64,000 nt of DNA from Patescibacteria group bacterium (GCA_018818205.1 JAHISJ010000002.1:3895-67894), one strand, 5' to 3'. Positions 48,483 to 58,534 are shown, counted from the stretch's first letter. Made by a program: numbers and translations. The notes: a model not told the origin generated them from the sequence alone.

Positions 48483-49058
48483 ATGAATCTTATTCCCACA
48501 GTTATAGAGAAATCAACACACGGTGAACGTGCATATGATATTTACTCGAGACTTCTTAAAGACAGAATTATCTTTTTAGGCGGTCCAGTAGATGATCATA
48601 TTGCAAACACCGTTATTGCACAGCTTCTCTTTTTGGAAAGTGAAGACAAAGCAAAGGATATTAAACTGTACATTAATTCTCCGGGCGGATCCGTTACGGC
48701 GGGACTTGCGATTTATGATACTATGCAGTACGTAACGTCTGACGTATCAACTATTTGTGTTGGTCTTGCGGCATCAATGGGAGCGGTGCTTCTAGCTGCC
48801 GGAGCAAAAGGAAAAAGACTGACCCTGCCGCATAGCGAAGTCATGATTCATCAGGTTATGGGTGGTGCAGAAGGACAGGCAACTGACATTGAAATTTCCG
48901 CAAAACATATTTTAAAGACCAAAGAAGTATTAAACAAACTTCTTTCAAAACATACCGGGCAAACAATAAAGAGGGTTGAAAAGGACTCGGACAGAGATTA
49001 TTATATGTCTTCAGTTGAGGCAAAAGAGTATGGTATTATTGATCAGATTGTAAAATAA
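48483..49058 (+). CDS. clpP: ATP-dependent Clp protease proteolytic subunit ClpP
   Basis: Catalytic GLAASMG (Ser), MIHQV (His) and D. N-terminal [11 protein letters not shown]. Confidence 0.95.
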   Translation: MNLIPTVIEKSTHGERAYDIYSRLLKDRIIFLGGPVDDHIANTVIAQLLFLESEDKAKDIKLYINSPGGSVTAGLAIYDTMQYVTSDVSTICVGLAASMGAVLLAAGAKGKRLTLPHSEVMIHQVMGGAEGQATDIEISAKHILKTKEVLNKLLSKHTGQTIKRVEKDSDRDYYMSSVEAKEYGIIDQIVK

Positions 49059-49065
49059 AGGTCAG

Positions 49066-49230
49066 ATGAAAAAAAAGAGAAAAAAGAAGAAAAAGGAGCG
49101 CAAGAGTCTTCAAAAAGTAAGAAAAGTTTCAAGAAGTGTCATTGCAATGGTGATTGGCGGCATTATTGGTATTGTTGTTATTACATTCACCGCTCTTTTT
49201 GTAAGGAACAAAACAAAGAAAAAATCGTAG
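49066..49230 (+). CDS. small tail-anchored-type membrane peptide (54 aa; absent from the ORF track because it is under 60 aa)
   Basis: ATG 49066, then MKKKRKKKKKERKSLQKVRKVSRSVIAMVIGGIIGIVVITFTALFVRNKTKKKS: a polybasic N-terminus and one TM helix. Stop at 49228-49230. The competing track ORF 49129..49323 (-) is less plausible. Confidence 0.4.
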   Translation: MKKKRKKKKKERKSLQKVRKVSRSVIAMVIGGIIGIVVITFTALFVRNKTKKKS

Positions 49231-49250
49231 GGTGACATTTATGACACCCG

Positions 49251-49278
49251 CTCCTCGTAGGCGCGCGCCTACGAGGAG
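49251..49278. repeat. perfect 28-bp GC-rich palindrome (CTCCTCGTAGGCGC|GCGCCTACGAGGAG)
   Basis: Exact reverse-complement symmetry. Preceded by a second small hairpin GGGTG...CACCC (49231-49250). Lies in the intergenic region before the amidinotransferase-fold gene. Confidence 0.9.
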
Positions 49279-49376
49279 TATTCGCAAATACAAACCCCAA
49301 TTTCCCCTTGATTTCCCTGCCATTCCTGCTTAAATAAAAGCGAGTTTGGGGGTTCTTTTTATGATAGGAGGAAGTT

Positions 49377-50324
49377 GTGATAATTTTGAGTTCGCCACAA
49401 GCGTGTGGCCAATTTGGAAAGTTAATTGAACCTGTTAGAGAAAAAGGACTTACTACGTCACGTATTTTGATGGTGAGTCCGGATCACTTTAAAGTGAGTA
49501 AATTCGCTACACAAAATAATGTGTACATGGGGACTGAGGCAGTTGATCCCAGTAAAGCATGGGAGCAGTTCAATGAACTTCTTAGAAAACTTGAAGCACG
49601 AGGTATTGAGGTAAATGTTTTCCCTGGAAAGCCCGGCCAAAGCGATGGCATTTTCCCCAACAACACGTTTGCAACAGTTCGAGGCATTGAAGGACGCAAA
49701 AAACGTGCGCTTATTGGAATGATGTTAAACGAAGATCGTATTCCAGAGAGGGATCAAGAAGATATTCGTGAGTTTTTACGGTCTTCAGGATATGAATTTA
49801 TTGATTTGCAAGAAGATTCCCGTGCGCAGGTAGGCAAGGATTCCGCTGAGCTTACGGGAAGCGTAGTTATTGACCACCGTCGTGATTTTGGGTTTATTGG
49901 TCTTTCTAAGCGGTGTACGTTTATGGGTGCGATGCTGATGGCAGAAGCATTCGGTTTTAATGCGGCACATGTTTTTGAGCTTACTGAGAATGAATATCAT
50001 ACGAACGTAGTTTTGGCTATTTTGGGTGGAAAAGTCTGTGTTATTGCGCCTTCAGGGTTTAAGAATGAAGACGATGCAAAAGCGATTATGGGACAGTACC
50101 AACACGTTATTCATCTCACCGAAGAGCAAAAGAATCATTTTTGTGGTAATATGCTTGCGCTTGGTGATAGTCACGTGTTTCTCTCGCATGAAGCATGGAT
50201 ATGGCTGAGGGGTGATCAGAGAGATGCGCTTAAAGAAGCTGGGTTTACCGTGAACATGGTTGATATTTCTGAACTCGAAAAAGGCGGCGGTTCCATGCGT
50301 TGTCTTCTCTGCGAACTTTGGTAA
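49377..50324 (+). CDS. amidinotransferase/DDAH/ADI-superfamily hydrolase (guanidino-group modifying enzyme)
   Basis: 315 aa. C-terminal catalytic-Cys motif GGGSMRCLLCEL as in DDAH/ADI-fold enzymes. GTG start preceded by AGGAGGA. Confidence 0.6.
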   Translation: MIILSSPQACGQFGKLIEPVREKGLTTSRILMVSPDHFKVSKFATQNNVYMGTEAVDPSKAWEQFNELLRKLEARGIEVNVFPGKPGQSDGIFPNNTFATVRGIEGRKKRALIGMMLNEDRIPERDQEDIREFLRSSGYEFIDLQEDSRAQVGKDSAELTGSVVIDHRRDFGFIGLSKRCTFMGAMLMAEAFGFNAAHVFELTENEYHTNVVLAILGGKVCVIAPSGFKNEDDAKAIMGQYQHVIHLTEEQKNHFCGNMLALGDSHVFLSHEAWIWLRGDQRDALKEAGFTVNMVDISELEKGGGSMRCLLCELW

Positions 50325-50473
50325 TCCTCTAGTTTAAAAGGCAAATTGGTCATTGACATAGACGCCGATTTCATTACAATTAATCCGAGTACTTATAAGA
50401 GTGCTCGGATCTTTTTATTTTGCTCGCTTTGTGGCGGTTAGAAAAAACAGTTACAAAGTGAGAGGAGGTTAAC

Positions 50474-51745
50474 ATGGAGAAAAGACACGATGGTCTGTTC
50501 TCCGAAACAGGCCGTATTAATGAAGTAGTAGTATATGCGCCAGGAAAAGCGCATGAATTGATGGTGCCGGAACATATTATTGATGAGATTGAAGATGAAA
50601 ATGGGAAAAAGGTAGAAAATCCTGAGTATTGTCTTTTTGATGATATTATTGACCCCTTTGCTGCGACCGAGGAACATAGGGTTATGTCCGAAGTTATTGG
50701 TCAAGTTGGTCAAGTTATATACATGGACGATTTGCTTTTGAGAACCCTTAAGAACAGAGATTTAACAGGAAGAATTATTGAACGAGTCGGTGAAATTGAA
50801 GAACTTTCTCAAGAACAAGTTGATAGACTTTTAGAAATTCGAGATGCCAGGGCTCTTCTTCGTACCTTGGTTACAGGGAAGCTCAACGGTGAAATCGAAA
50901 AAGAACAATTCTTTTTGCCTGCACCAAACTTCATGTTTACTCGTGATGTTGCTGCGTGTGTGGGTGAGGCTGTAGTGGTATGCCATGCCTCAAAACCTGC
51001 AAGGCGTCGTGAAATGGCGCTTACAGGATTTGTAGTAAGAAACCACCCATTGTTTCATGGAAGGAAGATTATTGATATTAAAGAGATTGACCCCAATTCC
51101 AAAGAAACAATCGAAGGGGGCGATATTTTGGTTGTTGACCACACGACTGTTCTTATTGGCATTTCTCAAAGAACAACACAAAAAGCTGCACTTATGATTG
51201 CCAATGAGCTCAGAAAGCCCATTTTTGGGTTCAAAAACATTTTTGGCGTAAAGCTTCCGGAACAAAGGTCCAGCATGCATCTGGATACTACATTCACCCT
51301 TCTTTCTGAAAAGAAGGTTATGGTTTTTGGACCAGTTATTCTTGAAGGATGTACACTTTTTGATCTTTGTGCAGATTGCCAGCTGGAAGAGGAGAGCCTT
51401 ATTGATCTTTTGCACAAGATGGGTAAAATTGTTGATCCCATTTTGTGTGGTGGTGGATGTCCCATGGCTGCTCAGCGCGAGCAGTGGAGTGATGGTGCGA
51501 ACCTTTTTGCTATTGGACCGGGAATCGTCATTGGGTACGAGCGAAATCGCAGGACGACTGCAGAACTTGTGAAAAATGGCTTTAGGCATACGCCTGCAGA
51601 GGAAATTTTGCAACATCCAAATTGGTTTCAAAGTCGAGTAAACTCTGGAGATGAGCTCATCGTTACGTTCCGTGGTGCAGAGCTTTCTCGTGGACGAGGT
51701 GGGGCTCGTTGTATGACGATGCCACTCTCACGTATTGAAGAGTAG
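50474..51745 (+). CDS. arcA: arginine deiminase
   Basis: N-terminal FSETGRINEVVVYAPGKAHE and C-terminal catalytic RGGARCMTMPL. Length 423 aa. RBS GAGAGGAGG. Confidence 0.8.
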   Translation: MEKRHDGLFSETGRINEVVVYAPGKAHELMVPEHIIDEIEDENGKKVENPEYCLFDDIIDPFAATEEHRVMSEVIGQVGQVIYMDDLLLRTLKNRDLTGRIIERVGEIEELSQEQVDRLLEIRDARALLRTLVTGKLNGEIEKEQFFLPAPNFMFTRDVAACVGEAVVVCHASKPARRREMALTGFVVRNHPLFHGRKIIDIKEIDPNSKETIEGGDILVVDHTTVLIGISQRTTQKAALMIANELRKPIFGFKNIFGVKLPEQRSSMHLDTTFTLLSEKKVMVFGPVILEGCTLFDLCADCQLEEESLIDLLHKMGKIVDPILCGGGCPMAAQREQWSDGANLFAIGPGIVIGYERNRRTTAELVKNGFRHTPAEEILQHPNWFQSRVNSGDELIVTFRGAELSRGRGGARCMTMPLSRIEE

Positions 51746-51793
51746 AAAATCTTTGAACAACAAACAGGCAAAGCGAGAAGCAGAGGAGGTACT

Positions 51794-53647
51794 ATGACTG
51801 TGAAAAAAGCAGTAAGCCTGGTTACCATACCAGAGGTATTTGAGGCATTTATTCGTGAACAACTTAAAGTAGTTTTTGGCATTAAAGATGCAGAGATTAA
51901 AGTAGAACGGCCACCTAATGAGATGTTGGGAGACTTTGCTGCTCCACTTCATTCATTGGCAAGAGTTCTGAAGAGGGCTCCCAAGCTCATTGCACAGGAA
52001 TTTATTGAGAAATCAAAAGAAGAAGTTCCTCCGTGGATTCAATCCTATTTTGATACAAACGGTTATGTGAATATGACCGTTGCTCCAGCGTTTATCGCTG
52101 AGCAAATTTTTGGTGATCTTGAGGCATTTATGACTGTTTCGCATCTAAGACCGGAGACAGCAGGGCAGAAAATTATGGTTGAATCTCCTTCGCCCAACAC
52201 CAATAAACCATTTCATCTTGGGCATATCAGAAATGGACTTTTGGGATCCGCGATAGTACGCTTGCTTCGGTTCCTGGGGTTTGACGTTATTGCAGCAAAT
52301 CTCTTGAATGACCGTGGTATTCATATTTGTAAATCGATGATTGCGTATGAGCGGCAGTACAATGGGCAAACACCCGAATCGATTGGTTTAAAAGGTGATC
52401 ATTTTATTGGAAAGTGCTATGTACTTTTTGAAACGTGGATTAAGCTTGAATTAAAAGAACTTTTTAAAAAGAAATACGGAGCTGATCCAGATGTAGAATT
52501 TGATGATGTTAAAGATGAACTACTTAGAGAATCAAAGCTTCAACAAGAAGCACTTGTTATGCTTAAAAAATGGGAAGAAGAGGATCCTGACGTTCGGAAA
52601 TTGTGGAAAGAGCTTGATGGGTGGGTGGTTTCTGGCTTTGAAGAGACTCTTGCGCGTCTTGGAATTTCACATGACAAGGTTTATCGAGAGAGTGATACCT
52701 ATACTTTAGGTAGGAAAATTATTGAACAAGGACTTGCAAAGGGGCTCTTTAAACGGCGTGAAGACGGTGCAGTAATTATTGATCTCTCAAGCCATGGTTT
52801 TGATCCCAAGGTGCTCTTACGTCCAGACGGGACAACAGTTTATATGACTCAAGATATTGGTACTGCAGAGCTTAAAGAGGAAGATTTTGGTCTTAGGCGC
52901 TCAATTTATGTGGTCGCCAATGAACAAGATCATCACTTTAAGGTCTTGTTTAAAATTCTTGAGCTTCTTGGATATTCATGGGCAGGAGGGCTCTACCACC
53001 TCTCATACGGGATGGTGGAATTGCCTGAAGGCCGTATGAAATCACGCGAAGGAACTGTGGTTGATGCAGATGACTTAATGGAAGAAGTCGTTGCATTGGC
53101 GCGAGAGGTAACGGGAGTTAAATTTGCTGAGCGGAAGCAGGATATTTCTGAAGAAGAGCTTGATGTCATCGCAGAAAAGCTTGGCATTGGTGCTCTCAAA
53201 TTCCATTTTCTCTTGGCACGTCCAGAGAGCAGAATCAAATTTAATCCGGCAAAGGCTGTTACATTTGAAGGGAAAACGGGACCATTTGTGTCTTACGTTT
53301 TTGCGCGGATTCATAGCATGCTTACAAAGGGTAGCTTTGATTCAAGTGCTTCAATTGACACTGGAGTTCTTGCTCAGCCGGTTGAACGATCACTTCTTAT
53401 GAATCTTGCAGGCTTTCAGACAGTTGTTTTGCGAGCTGCTGACGAGCTTGATCCGTCGCTTATTGTTGATTATGTTTTTAAGTTGGCACAAGCATTTAAC
53501 TCTTTCTACAATACTAGAGAGTGTAAAGTTCTTAGTGCAGACACAGAAGAACTTAAAAACGCTCGGCTTATGCTGAGCTTTGTTACCGCCCGTGTTATTG
53601 AAAAATGCATGGATCTCTTGGGCATTCAGGTGCCAAAGCGGATGTAG
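51794..53647 (+). CDS. argS: arginine--tRNA ligase
   Basis: Class I HIGH motif (PNTNKPFHLGHIRN), anticodon-binding DALR domain at the C-terminus. 617 aa. Confidence 0.93.
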   Translation: MTVKKAVSLVTIPEVFEAFIREQLKVVFGIKDAEIKVERPPNEMLGDFAAPLHSLARVLKRAPKLIAQEFIEKSKEEVPPWIQSYFDTNGYVNMTVAPAFIAEQIFGDLEAFMTVSHLRPETAGQKIMVESPSPNTNKPFHLGHIRNGLLGSAIVRLLRFLGFDVIAANLLNDRGIHICKSMIAYERQYNGQTPESIGLKGDHFIGKCYVLFETWIKLELKELFKKKYGADPDVEFDDVKDELLRESKLQQEALVMLKKWEEEDPDVRKLWKELDGWVVSGFEETLARLGISHDKVYRESDTYTLGRKIIEQGLAKGLFKRREDGAVIIDLSSHGFDPKVLLRPDGTTVYMTQDIGTAELKEEDFGLRRSIYVVANEQDHHFKVLFKILELLGYSWAGGLYHLSYGMVELPEGRMKSREGTVVDADDLMEEVVALAREVTGVKFAERKQDISEEELDVIAEKLGIGALKFHFLLARPESRIKFNPAKAVTFEGKTGPFVSYVFARIHSMLTKGSFDSSASIDTGVLAQPVERSLLMNLAGFQTVVLRAADELDPSLIVDYVFKLAQAFNSFYNTRECKVLSADTEELKNARLMLSFVTARVIEKCMDLLGIQVPKRM

Positions 53648-53670
53648 CTACTTCCAAAAATTATTTATCA

Positions 53671-53705
53671 CCACAAAATCTAAAAAGGTTTTGTGGTTTT
53701 TTTTA
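53671..53705. terminator. bidirectional rho-independent terminator between the convergent argS and methyltransferase genes
   Basis: CCACAAAA-TCTAAAAAGG-TTTTGTGG hairpin flanked by T-rich (plus strand) and A/T-rich (minus strand) runs. Confidence 0.55.
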
Positions 53706-54434
53706 TGTACGTTTTTCTCCAATACCGATCATATGACGTGCAAATTCTGCAGGTATGGTATTACAAAAGGAGGTTTCTTTTTCTAAAAAATGTATTAATT
53801 GTTTCAATGATAGATTGCGCCGCGTATCAATAACTGTTGAAAAGCGATTATACGTATTCAAAAAATAGTTAATGCCAACCACAGAAATGCTTTCTAAGGG
53901 AGAGAGTAATTTTTTAAGCATTGCGGAGGTGTAGAATATTTTTTTTATTTCTTTATTTAAAGCCGTGCTATCGTCTATAATTTCTAGCTTATATTGGACT
54001 CTCTTGGTGTATGGCATGAGGGCAATATAACCATTTGGCTTTACCACTCTTATAATTTCTGTAATAAGTTTTTTTGGAGACAACGAATAAGACAGAGGAC
54101 CGTATAGGCTGACGACTGAATCAAAGGTGTTGCATTTAAAAGGTAAATTGTGCATATCTCCAGTGATGAATCTTTTTTTTGGATATTTTTTATTTGAAAG
54201 GTTAACCATCTCGTGTGATAGTTCGATGCCAGTGTAATTATCAATGTCTAACATTTCACAGAGAAGTCCATTTCCTGAACCAATATCTAGCACTTTACCT
54301 GTAGCAATAGGTTTTAATATTTTTGATATAATAACGTCTTCAGCTTTGCAAATAAAAGACGAGTATGTTTTATCATAATCCAATGCTTTGGAATCATAGT
54401 AACGGCGAAGCTGATTTAATTTTTCTTTGTTCAT
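53703..54434 (-). CDS. class I SAM-dependent methyltransferase
   Basis: Motif I VLDIGSGNGLL and a downstream acidic loop (DIDNYTGIE), Rossmann MTase fold. Confidence 0.75.
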   Translation of the reverse strand: MNKEKLNQLRRYYDSKALDYDKTYSSFICKAEDVIISKILKPIATGKVLDIGSGNGLLCEMLDIDNYTGIELSHEMVNLSNKKYPKKRFITGDMHNLPFKCNTFDSVVSLYGPLSYSLSPKKLITEIIRVVKPNGYIALMPYTKRVQYKLEIIDDSTALNKEIKKIFYTSAMLKKLLSPLESISVVGINYFLNTYNRFSTVIDTRRNLSLKQLIHFLEKETSFCNTIPAEFARHMIGIGEKRT

Positions 54435-54447
54435 TTGTTTTGCTTTT

Positions 54448-55638
54448 CTATTTAAACCACTCTTTTGCTATAGAAAAATATACCTCTGGCGCCTTGTTAA
54501 GTTCAGTAATATTTATACGTTCATCTGCCACGTGGCTGTACTTAGGATTGCCTGGCCCATATTCATTTATTGTCTTAAATCCTGCATTCCCCCAAAAAGG
54601 CGCATCATTAGCACCAGGGGTTGCAAATGATTGAGGGGCTTTATTGAGCATTTTTTTCACTCCTCTTTTGAATATATCCAAAACGGGGTCGTCATCATGA
54701 AGTGCGTGTCCGGGAACGGGCGGGTGAAGATAGTTATGTGAAATTTTAAAGCCGGATTCCTTATGCTCTAAAAGAAATCGTTTTAATTCATCATTAAGTA
54801 AATAGAATTGGTTTGCAAAAAGAATGGGCCCCACACGACAATCAAATGTTGCAGTCGCAGTAGCGGGAAGACTATTTGGTTTTGCGGGGACAATATTGCT
54901 ATCAATAATCCCAAGATTAGACTCAAGGGTGGTGAGAGTAATGGTGTGTGTGTTAAACGCGTGCTCCGGATATTTTTTGTTTAGTGTTTTTTCGAGCGAG
55001 CTTATATCTGAAATGATAGCCGCAAGTTTTACTGCTGCATTTTTTCCCTGATGAGATCTTGACGCATGTGCACTTTTTCCGGTGATAGTCACTGTTATAA
55101 ATGCATTTCCTTTGTTACCAATAGAAAAATGTCTAAGACCAGTAGGCTCACCGACAATAACAAGAGTCTCTTCAAGGATGGGTTTTATTTTTTCTGTGAG
55201 ATAGGGAACAAGCGCTTCTGTTCCAGCGCCACTTGTTTCTTCGTGCGATACGAGAGCAACAATCATGCGATACTCTTTCGCAAGTTCACTTTTAGAAAAT
55301 GCAAGAAGAGTATGTAACATACTTGCACCGATACCTTTTGCATCGTTTGCACCAAGTCCAAAGAGATATCCATCATGCTCATGAGGATCGAACGGTTTTG
55401 TTTCTTTCCAGCCTTGTGGCTCAGGTACGACCGTGTCTAAATGCGTGGTCAAAATAATAGTCCGCGGTCCCTTTCCGGAAGAAAGGAAAATATTGGTTAA
55501 CCCCTTTTTTTCTTGAATAGTTTGTGAAATATGGTGTTCTTTTCCCCAACTTTTAACAAATTTCATAATTGCATCCTCGTTTCCCGAGGTGCTGGGGATG
55601 GAGATGAGTTGTTTTGCGAGGGTTGTTGGTGTCATCAT
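54448..55638 (-). CDS. M20-family metallopeptidase/deacylase (ArgE/DapE-like)
   Basis: HLDTV (His ligand), GANDAKG (Asp), SHEETSG (Glu-Glu), and the C-terminal His region. Confidence 0.8.
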   Translation of the reverse strand: MMTPTTLAKQLISIPSTSGNEDAIMKFVKSWGKEHHISQTIQEKKGLTNIFLSSGKGPRTIILTTHLDTVVPEPQGWKETKPFDPHEHDGYLFGLGANDAKGIGASMLHTLLAFSKSELAKEYRMIVALVSHEETSGAGTEALVPYLTEKIKPILEETLVIVGEPTGLRHFSIGNKGNAFITVTITGKSAHASRSHQGKNAAVKLAAIISDISSLEKTLNKKYPEHAFNTHTITLTTLESNLGIIDSNIVPAKPNSLPATATATFDCRVGPILFANQFYLLNDELKRFLLEHKESGFKISHNYLHPPVPGHALHDDDPVLDIFKRGVKKMLNKAPQSFATPGANDAPFWGNAGFKTINEYGPGNPKYSHVADERINITELNKAPEVYFSIAKEWFK

Positions 55639-55678
55639 CTACTAGTACGCTAGCATAAAATAGAAAAAAAGAAAAATA

Positions 55679-56749
55679 TTAGGCTGGTACTCCGAGCCCA
55701 AAACCTGTAGGAATCTCAATATCAAAATCGTGATATACGAGCCCCTTGCTCATATTTGAATCAATTCTATCTGGTCTGGTAAGATCATAGCACATAAAAT
55801 CGCCAAGTGTCGCAGCGTGTAAATTGTATGCAGTGCCAATTGACGAGTGTATCATATCTCCTAATACGTATTGGATGCTATTATTCTTGCAATATTCTAT
55901 CATACGTTTAGTTTCAAGCAGCCCTCCTGTCTTTGCGAGCTTAATATTGATCATATCTATGGCACATACTCTGTGCAGATTTTTTAGGTCAAAAAGAGTA
56001 TGACAGCTCTCATCTGCCATGAGACTAACAGGAAGTTCCTTTTTTAGTGCTGCAAAGGCTTCAAAGTTGTGTGCACTAAATGGTTGTTCGAGCCATGCGA
56101 TGTTTTCTGGATTTATTTTTGAGATAAAACCAAGCGCCTCTTTTGGTGTATTCCACGCCTGATTTGCGTCAAAGATAAGTTTGATGTCAGGAAATGCAGA
56201 AGCAATGGTAGCTATGGTCTCTTTTTCTGCGTTTTCATCTCCGCCTACTTTAAGTTTAATGTAAGGAACATTTTTTGAAAGCGCATCAGCAATAGAATCA
56301 ATTAAACCAGAACTTTCTTGATCCTCAAAGGAAAGTGTTTTGATAGTAGTGACTGAGTCTTTCTTTTTTCCTCCAAGGAGCTCAAAAATAGGCTTATTTA
56401 CTTTTTTACCAAGAGCATCAAGAAGCGCTGATTCAATAGCGGTTTTTATTCCGGTGTTACCATAAAGCTCTGATTCAAGATCAGACAAGATACTTTGGAC
56501 GTCTTGAACTGAATTCAACTTCTTATCTTCTATTACGTCTCGAACTAACGTGACGGCTTCTATGCTTCCTGCCTGTGTTTCGCCAGTCACATCCCACGCA
56601 AGCGCTGCCTCACCGTTTCCTTGTATGCTTTCATCTGTCTGAGTAGTGATGAGCGTGTAAGGTAGAGTGGTAAGCGTGAGCGTATGATAAGAAAACGGTT
56701 TTTTAAGACCAATACTATATGGTTTTGCGGATATATGCTTTATTTCCAT
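55679..56749 (-). CDS. enolase-superfamily enzyme (dipeptide epimerase / MR-MLE-like)
   Basis: KLKVG (KxK), IFDANQAW (Asp), WLEQP (Glu), LMADES (Asp), NIKLAKTGG (Lys). Pattern of L-Ala-D/L-Glu epimerase-like members. Confidence 0.75.
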   Translation of the reverse strand: MEIKHISAKPYSIGLKKPFSYHTLTLTTLPYTLITTQTDESIQGNGEAALAWDVTGETQAGSIEAVTLVRDVIEDKKLNSVQDVQSILSDLESELYGNTGIKTAIESALLDALGKKVNKPIFELLGGKKKDSVTTIKTLSFEDQESSGLIDSIADALSKNVPYIKLKVGGDENAEKETIATIASAFPDIKLIFDANQAWNTPKEALGFISKINPENIAWLEQPFSAHNFEAFAALKKELPVSLMADESCHTLFDLKNLHRVCAIDMINIKLAKTGGLLETKRMIEYCKNNSIQYVLGDMIHSSIGTAYNLHAATLGDFMCYDLTRPDRIDSNMSKGLVYHDFDIEIPTGFGLGVPA

Positions 56750-56752
56750 GAT

Positions 56753-57877
56753 TTAGAACGATTTTAATCCCGTTCCTGTAATAATCAGCGCAACTTTTTT
56801 AAGATTCAGATCACGGCATTTCTCTAACGCTGGAAATACAGATGCCGCAGTTGGCTCAATACAAAGTGCTTCTTTTTTTAAAGCAATTGCATTCCACGTT
56901 TTAATTTCACTGTCGGTTACTTCAATAACGGTACCGTTTGTTTTTTTGAGCGCGTTAATCGCTTTTGGGGAACAGTAGCTTTCAAGGGCTACAATACCTT
57001 CGGCAATAGAATCTTCAATGTCATCTAATATTTCATAATCTGTGTCGTTCTTTAAAGCCATTGCGATGGGTGCGGCATTTTTAACTTGTATTCCAATGAG
57101 CTTTGGATATGACTTAAGAGCGCCTGATTCCTTCATTTTTTGCATGCCATTAAAGATTCCTGAAAGTAATGACCCGTTTCCCATAGGAACTACAATTGCA
57201 TCAACAAAACCAATATCATGAACAATTTCCGGACAAATACTCTCATCTCCCAGTTCTCTAAAGGGGTTTTGCCCGGCGGAAACATGAAATGGCGCATGCT
57301 GGTCATCAACGACCTTTCTGTATACATCTTCAAAAAAGCCATCAATGAAATGAATTACCCCGTTAAATTTTTTGATGAGACGTATTTTTTCTTTAGATGT
57401 TTTTTTGGGAATAAAGCAATGACACGCAATGTCTGCTTTTAAAGCGTAGGCTGCCGCAGAAAGCGCGGCGTTTCCGGAAGAGATAACAGAAACCTCTTTT
57501 TTACCTAAAAGTTTTGCAACGTTTATGGCGACTTCACTTTCTCTATCTTTAAATGACCCTGTCGGATTAAAATGTTCACATTTAGCGTATACTTCCGGTA
57601 TGTCTACTAAACGGGAAACATGATGAAGCACGACTGTAGGGGTTTTAAAAAGACCGAGAGTAACCCATGGGGCTCCCGCTTCTCCTTGTATGGTTTCAAG
57701 ACTTACAGTAGGAATAAAATAATCATAATAAGGAGTGGTGGAGCAACATTTTGGCAGGCGACCAGTATAGGTGAATTCTTTGTTGCAGGTGATACATTGT
57801 ATTGTAAAAGTCATTTTATTGACAAAAAAGTAATAAAGACATACAGTCATTATATGGATCACGACACAGTTAGTCAA
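56753..57877 (-). CDS. threonine-synthase-like PLP-dependent enzyme (Trp-synthase beta superfamily) with N-terminal zinc-ribbon
   Basis: PLP-Lys motif NPTGSFKDRE, Gly-rich loop, N-terminal CITCNKEF...CC. The likely start is MTFTIQ at 57814. Confidence 0.7.
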   Translation of the reverse strand: MTNCVVIHIMTVCLYYFFVNKMTFTIQCITCNKEFTYTGRLPKCCSTTPYYDYFIPTVSLETIQGEAGAPWVTLGLFKTPTVVLHHVSRLVDIPEVYAKCEHFNPTGSFKDRESEVAINVAKLLGKKEVSVISSGNAALSAAAYALKADIACHCFIPKKTSKEKIRLIKKFNGVIHFIDGFFEDVYRKVVDDQHAPFHVSAGQNPFRELGDESICPEIVHDIGFVDAIVVPMGNGSLLSGIFNGMQKMKESGALKSYPKLIGIQVKNAAPIAMALKNDTDYEILDDIEDSIAEGIVALESYCSPKAINALKKTNGTVIEVTDSEIKTWNAIALKKEALCIEPTAASVFPALEKCRDLNLKKVALIITGTGLKSF

Positions 57878-57985
57878 AGCATTTTTCTGAATCGTAGAAC
57901 CTAAAGGACTCGCAGTTATAGTCTTTATTTTTAGTGATAAAGCCTATATAGCGAGTTTTTTTGCGCTTTTTGGTTAGGAGGAAGT

Positions 57986-58534
57986 ATGAGAATAATAGAA
58001 GCAGGCCATTATTACCAGGCCCACGGCCCGACTGAATTTTCAAAGTTGGGCTGGGGAATATTAGTGCGGTTGTTAACGGAAGAAGACAAAGCACTTTTAT
58101 GGATTGACGATGTACATAGTTTAAAAGATGTACCAAAACAAGAAAAGAAAATGGATGTTGTTGAATTTGACCCAAGAACCCATTTTCGTCTACTTGAATC
58201 AGCTATGGTTCCGTATGCTCGGAAAATTTTTGATCGGTTGATGCTGCTTCCTAAAAGAAAAAAACCAAGGAAGCGCAAAGATGGCGGTTGGAGCTTAAAC
58301 GGAGACATTCGACTCTTTTGGCCGGACGGAATGCCTACTTGTGTGATGCTGGATGCGGGACTTTCGCTTTGGAAACTAGAGCAAGGATTTAAAGTAGGTA
58401 TTAATATTCTTCCTGCATTCTACGGAGAACAACAACAATCGCTCTTAAAAATATTAGGCAAAGCGCTCCCAGAATTTGATCAACAAGTGGTATTGTTTGA
58501 TGTGGAAGGAGGCTATTATTTCATGGAAAAATGA
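57986..58534 (+). CDS. hypothetical protein
   Basis: 182-aa ORF on the opposite strand inside the minus-strand cluster. Contains a basic patch KRKKPRKRK. No family recognised. Confidence 0.35.
   Translation: MRIIEAGHYYQAHGPTEFSKLGWGILVRLLTEEDKALLWIDDVHSLKDVPKQEKKMDVVEFDPRTHFRLLESAMVPYARKIFDRLMLLPKRKKPRKRKDGGWSLNGDIRLFWPDGMPTCVMLDAGLSLWKLEQGFKVGINILPAFYGEQQQSLLKILGKALPEFDQQVVLFDVEGGYYFMEK

Noticed and set aside
49129-49323. 64-aa minus-strand ORF after clpP
   Set aside because: It overlaps the more plausible plus-strand 54-codon polybasic-TM peptide ORF and the 28-bp palindrome, and has no RBS.
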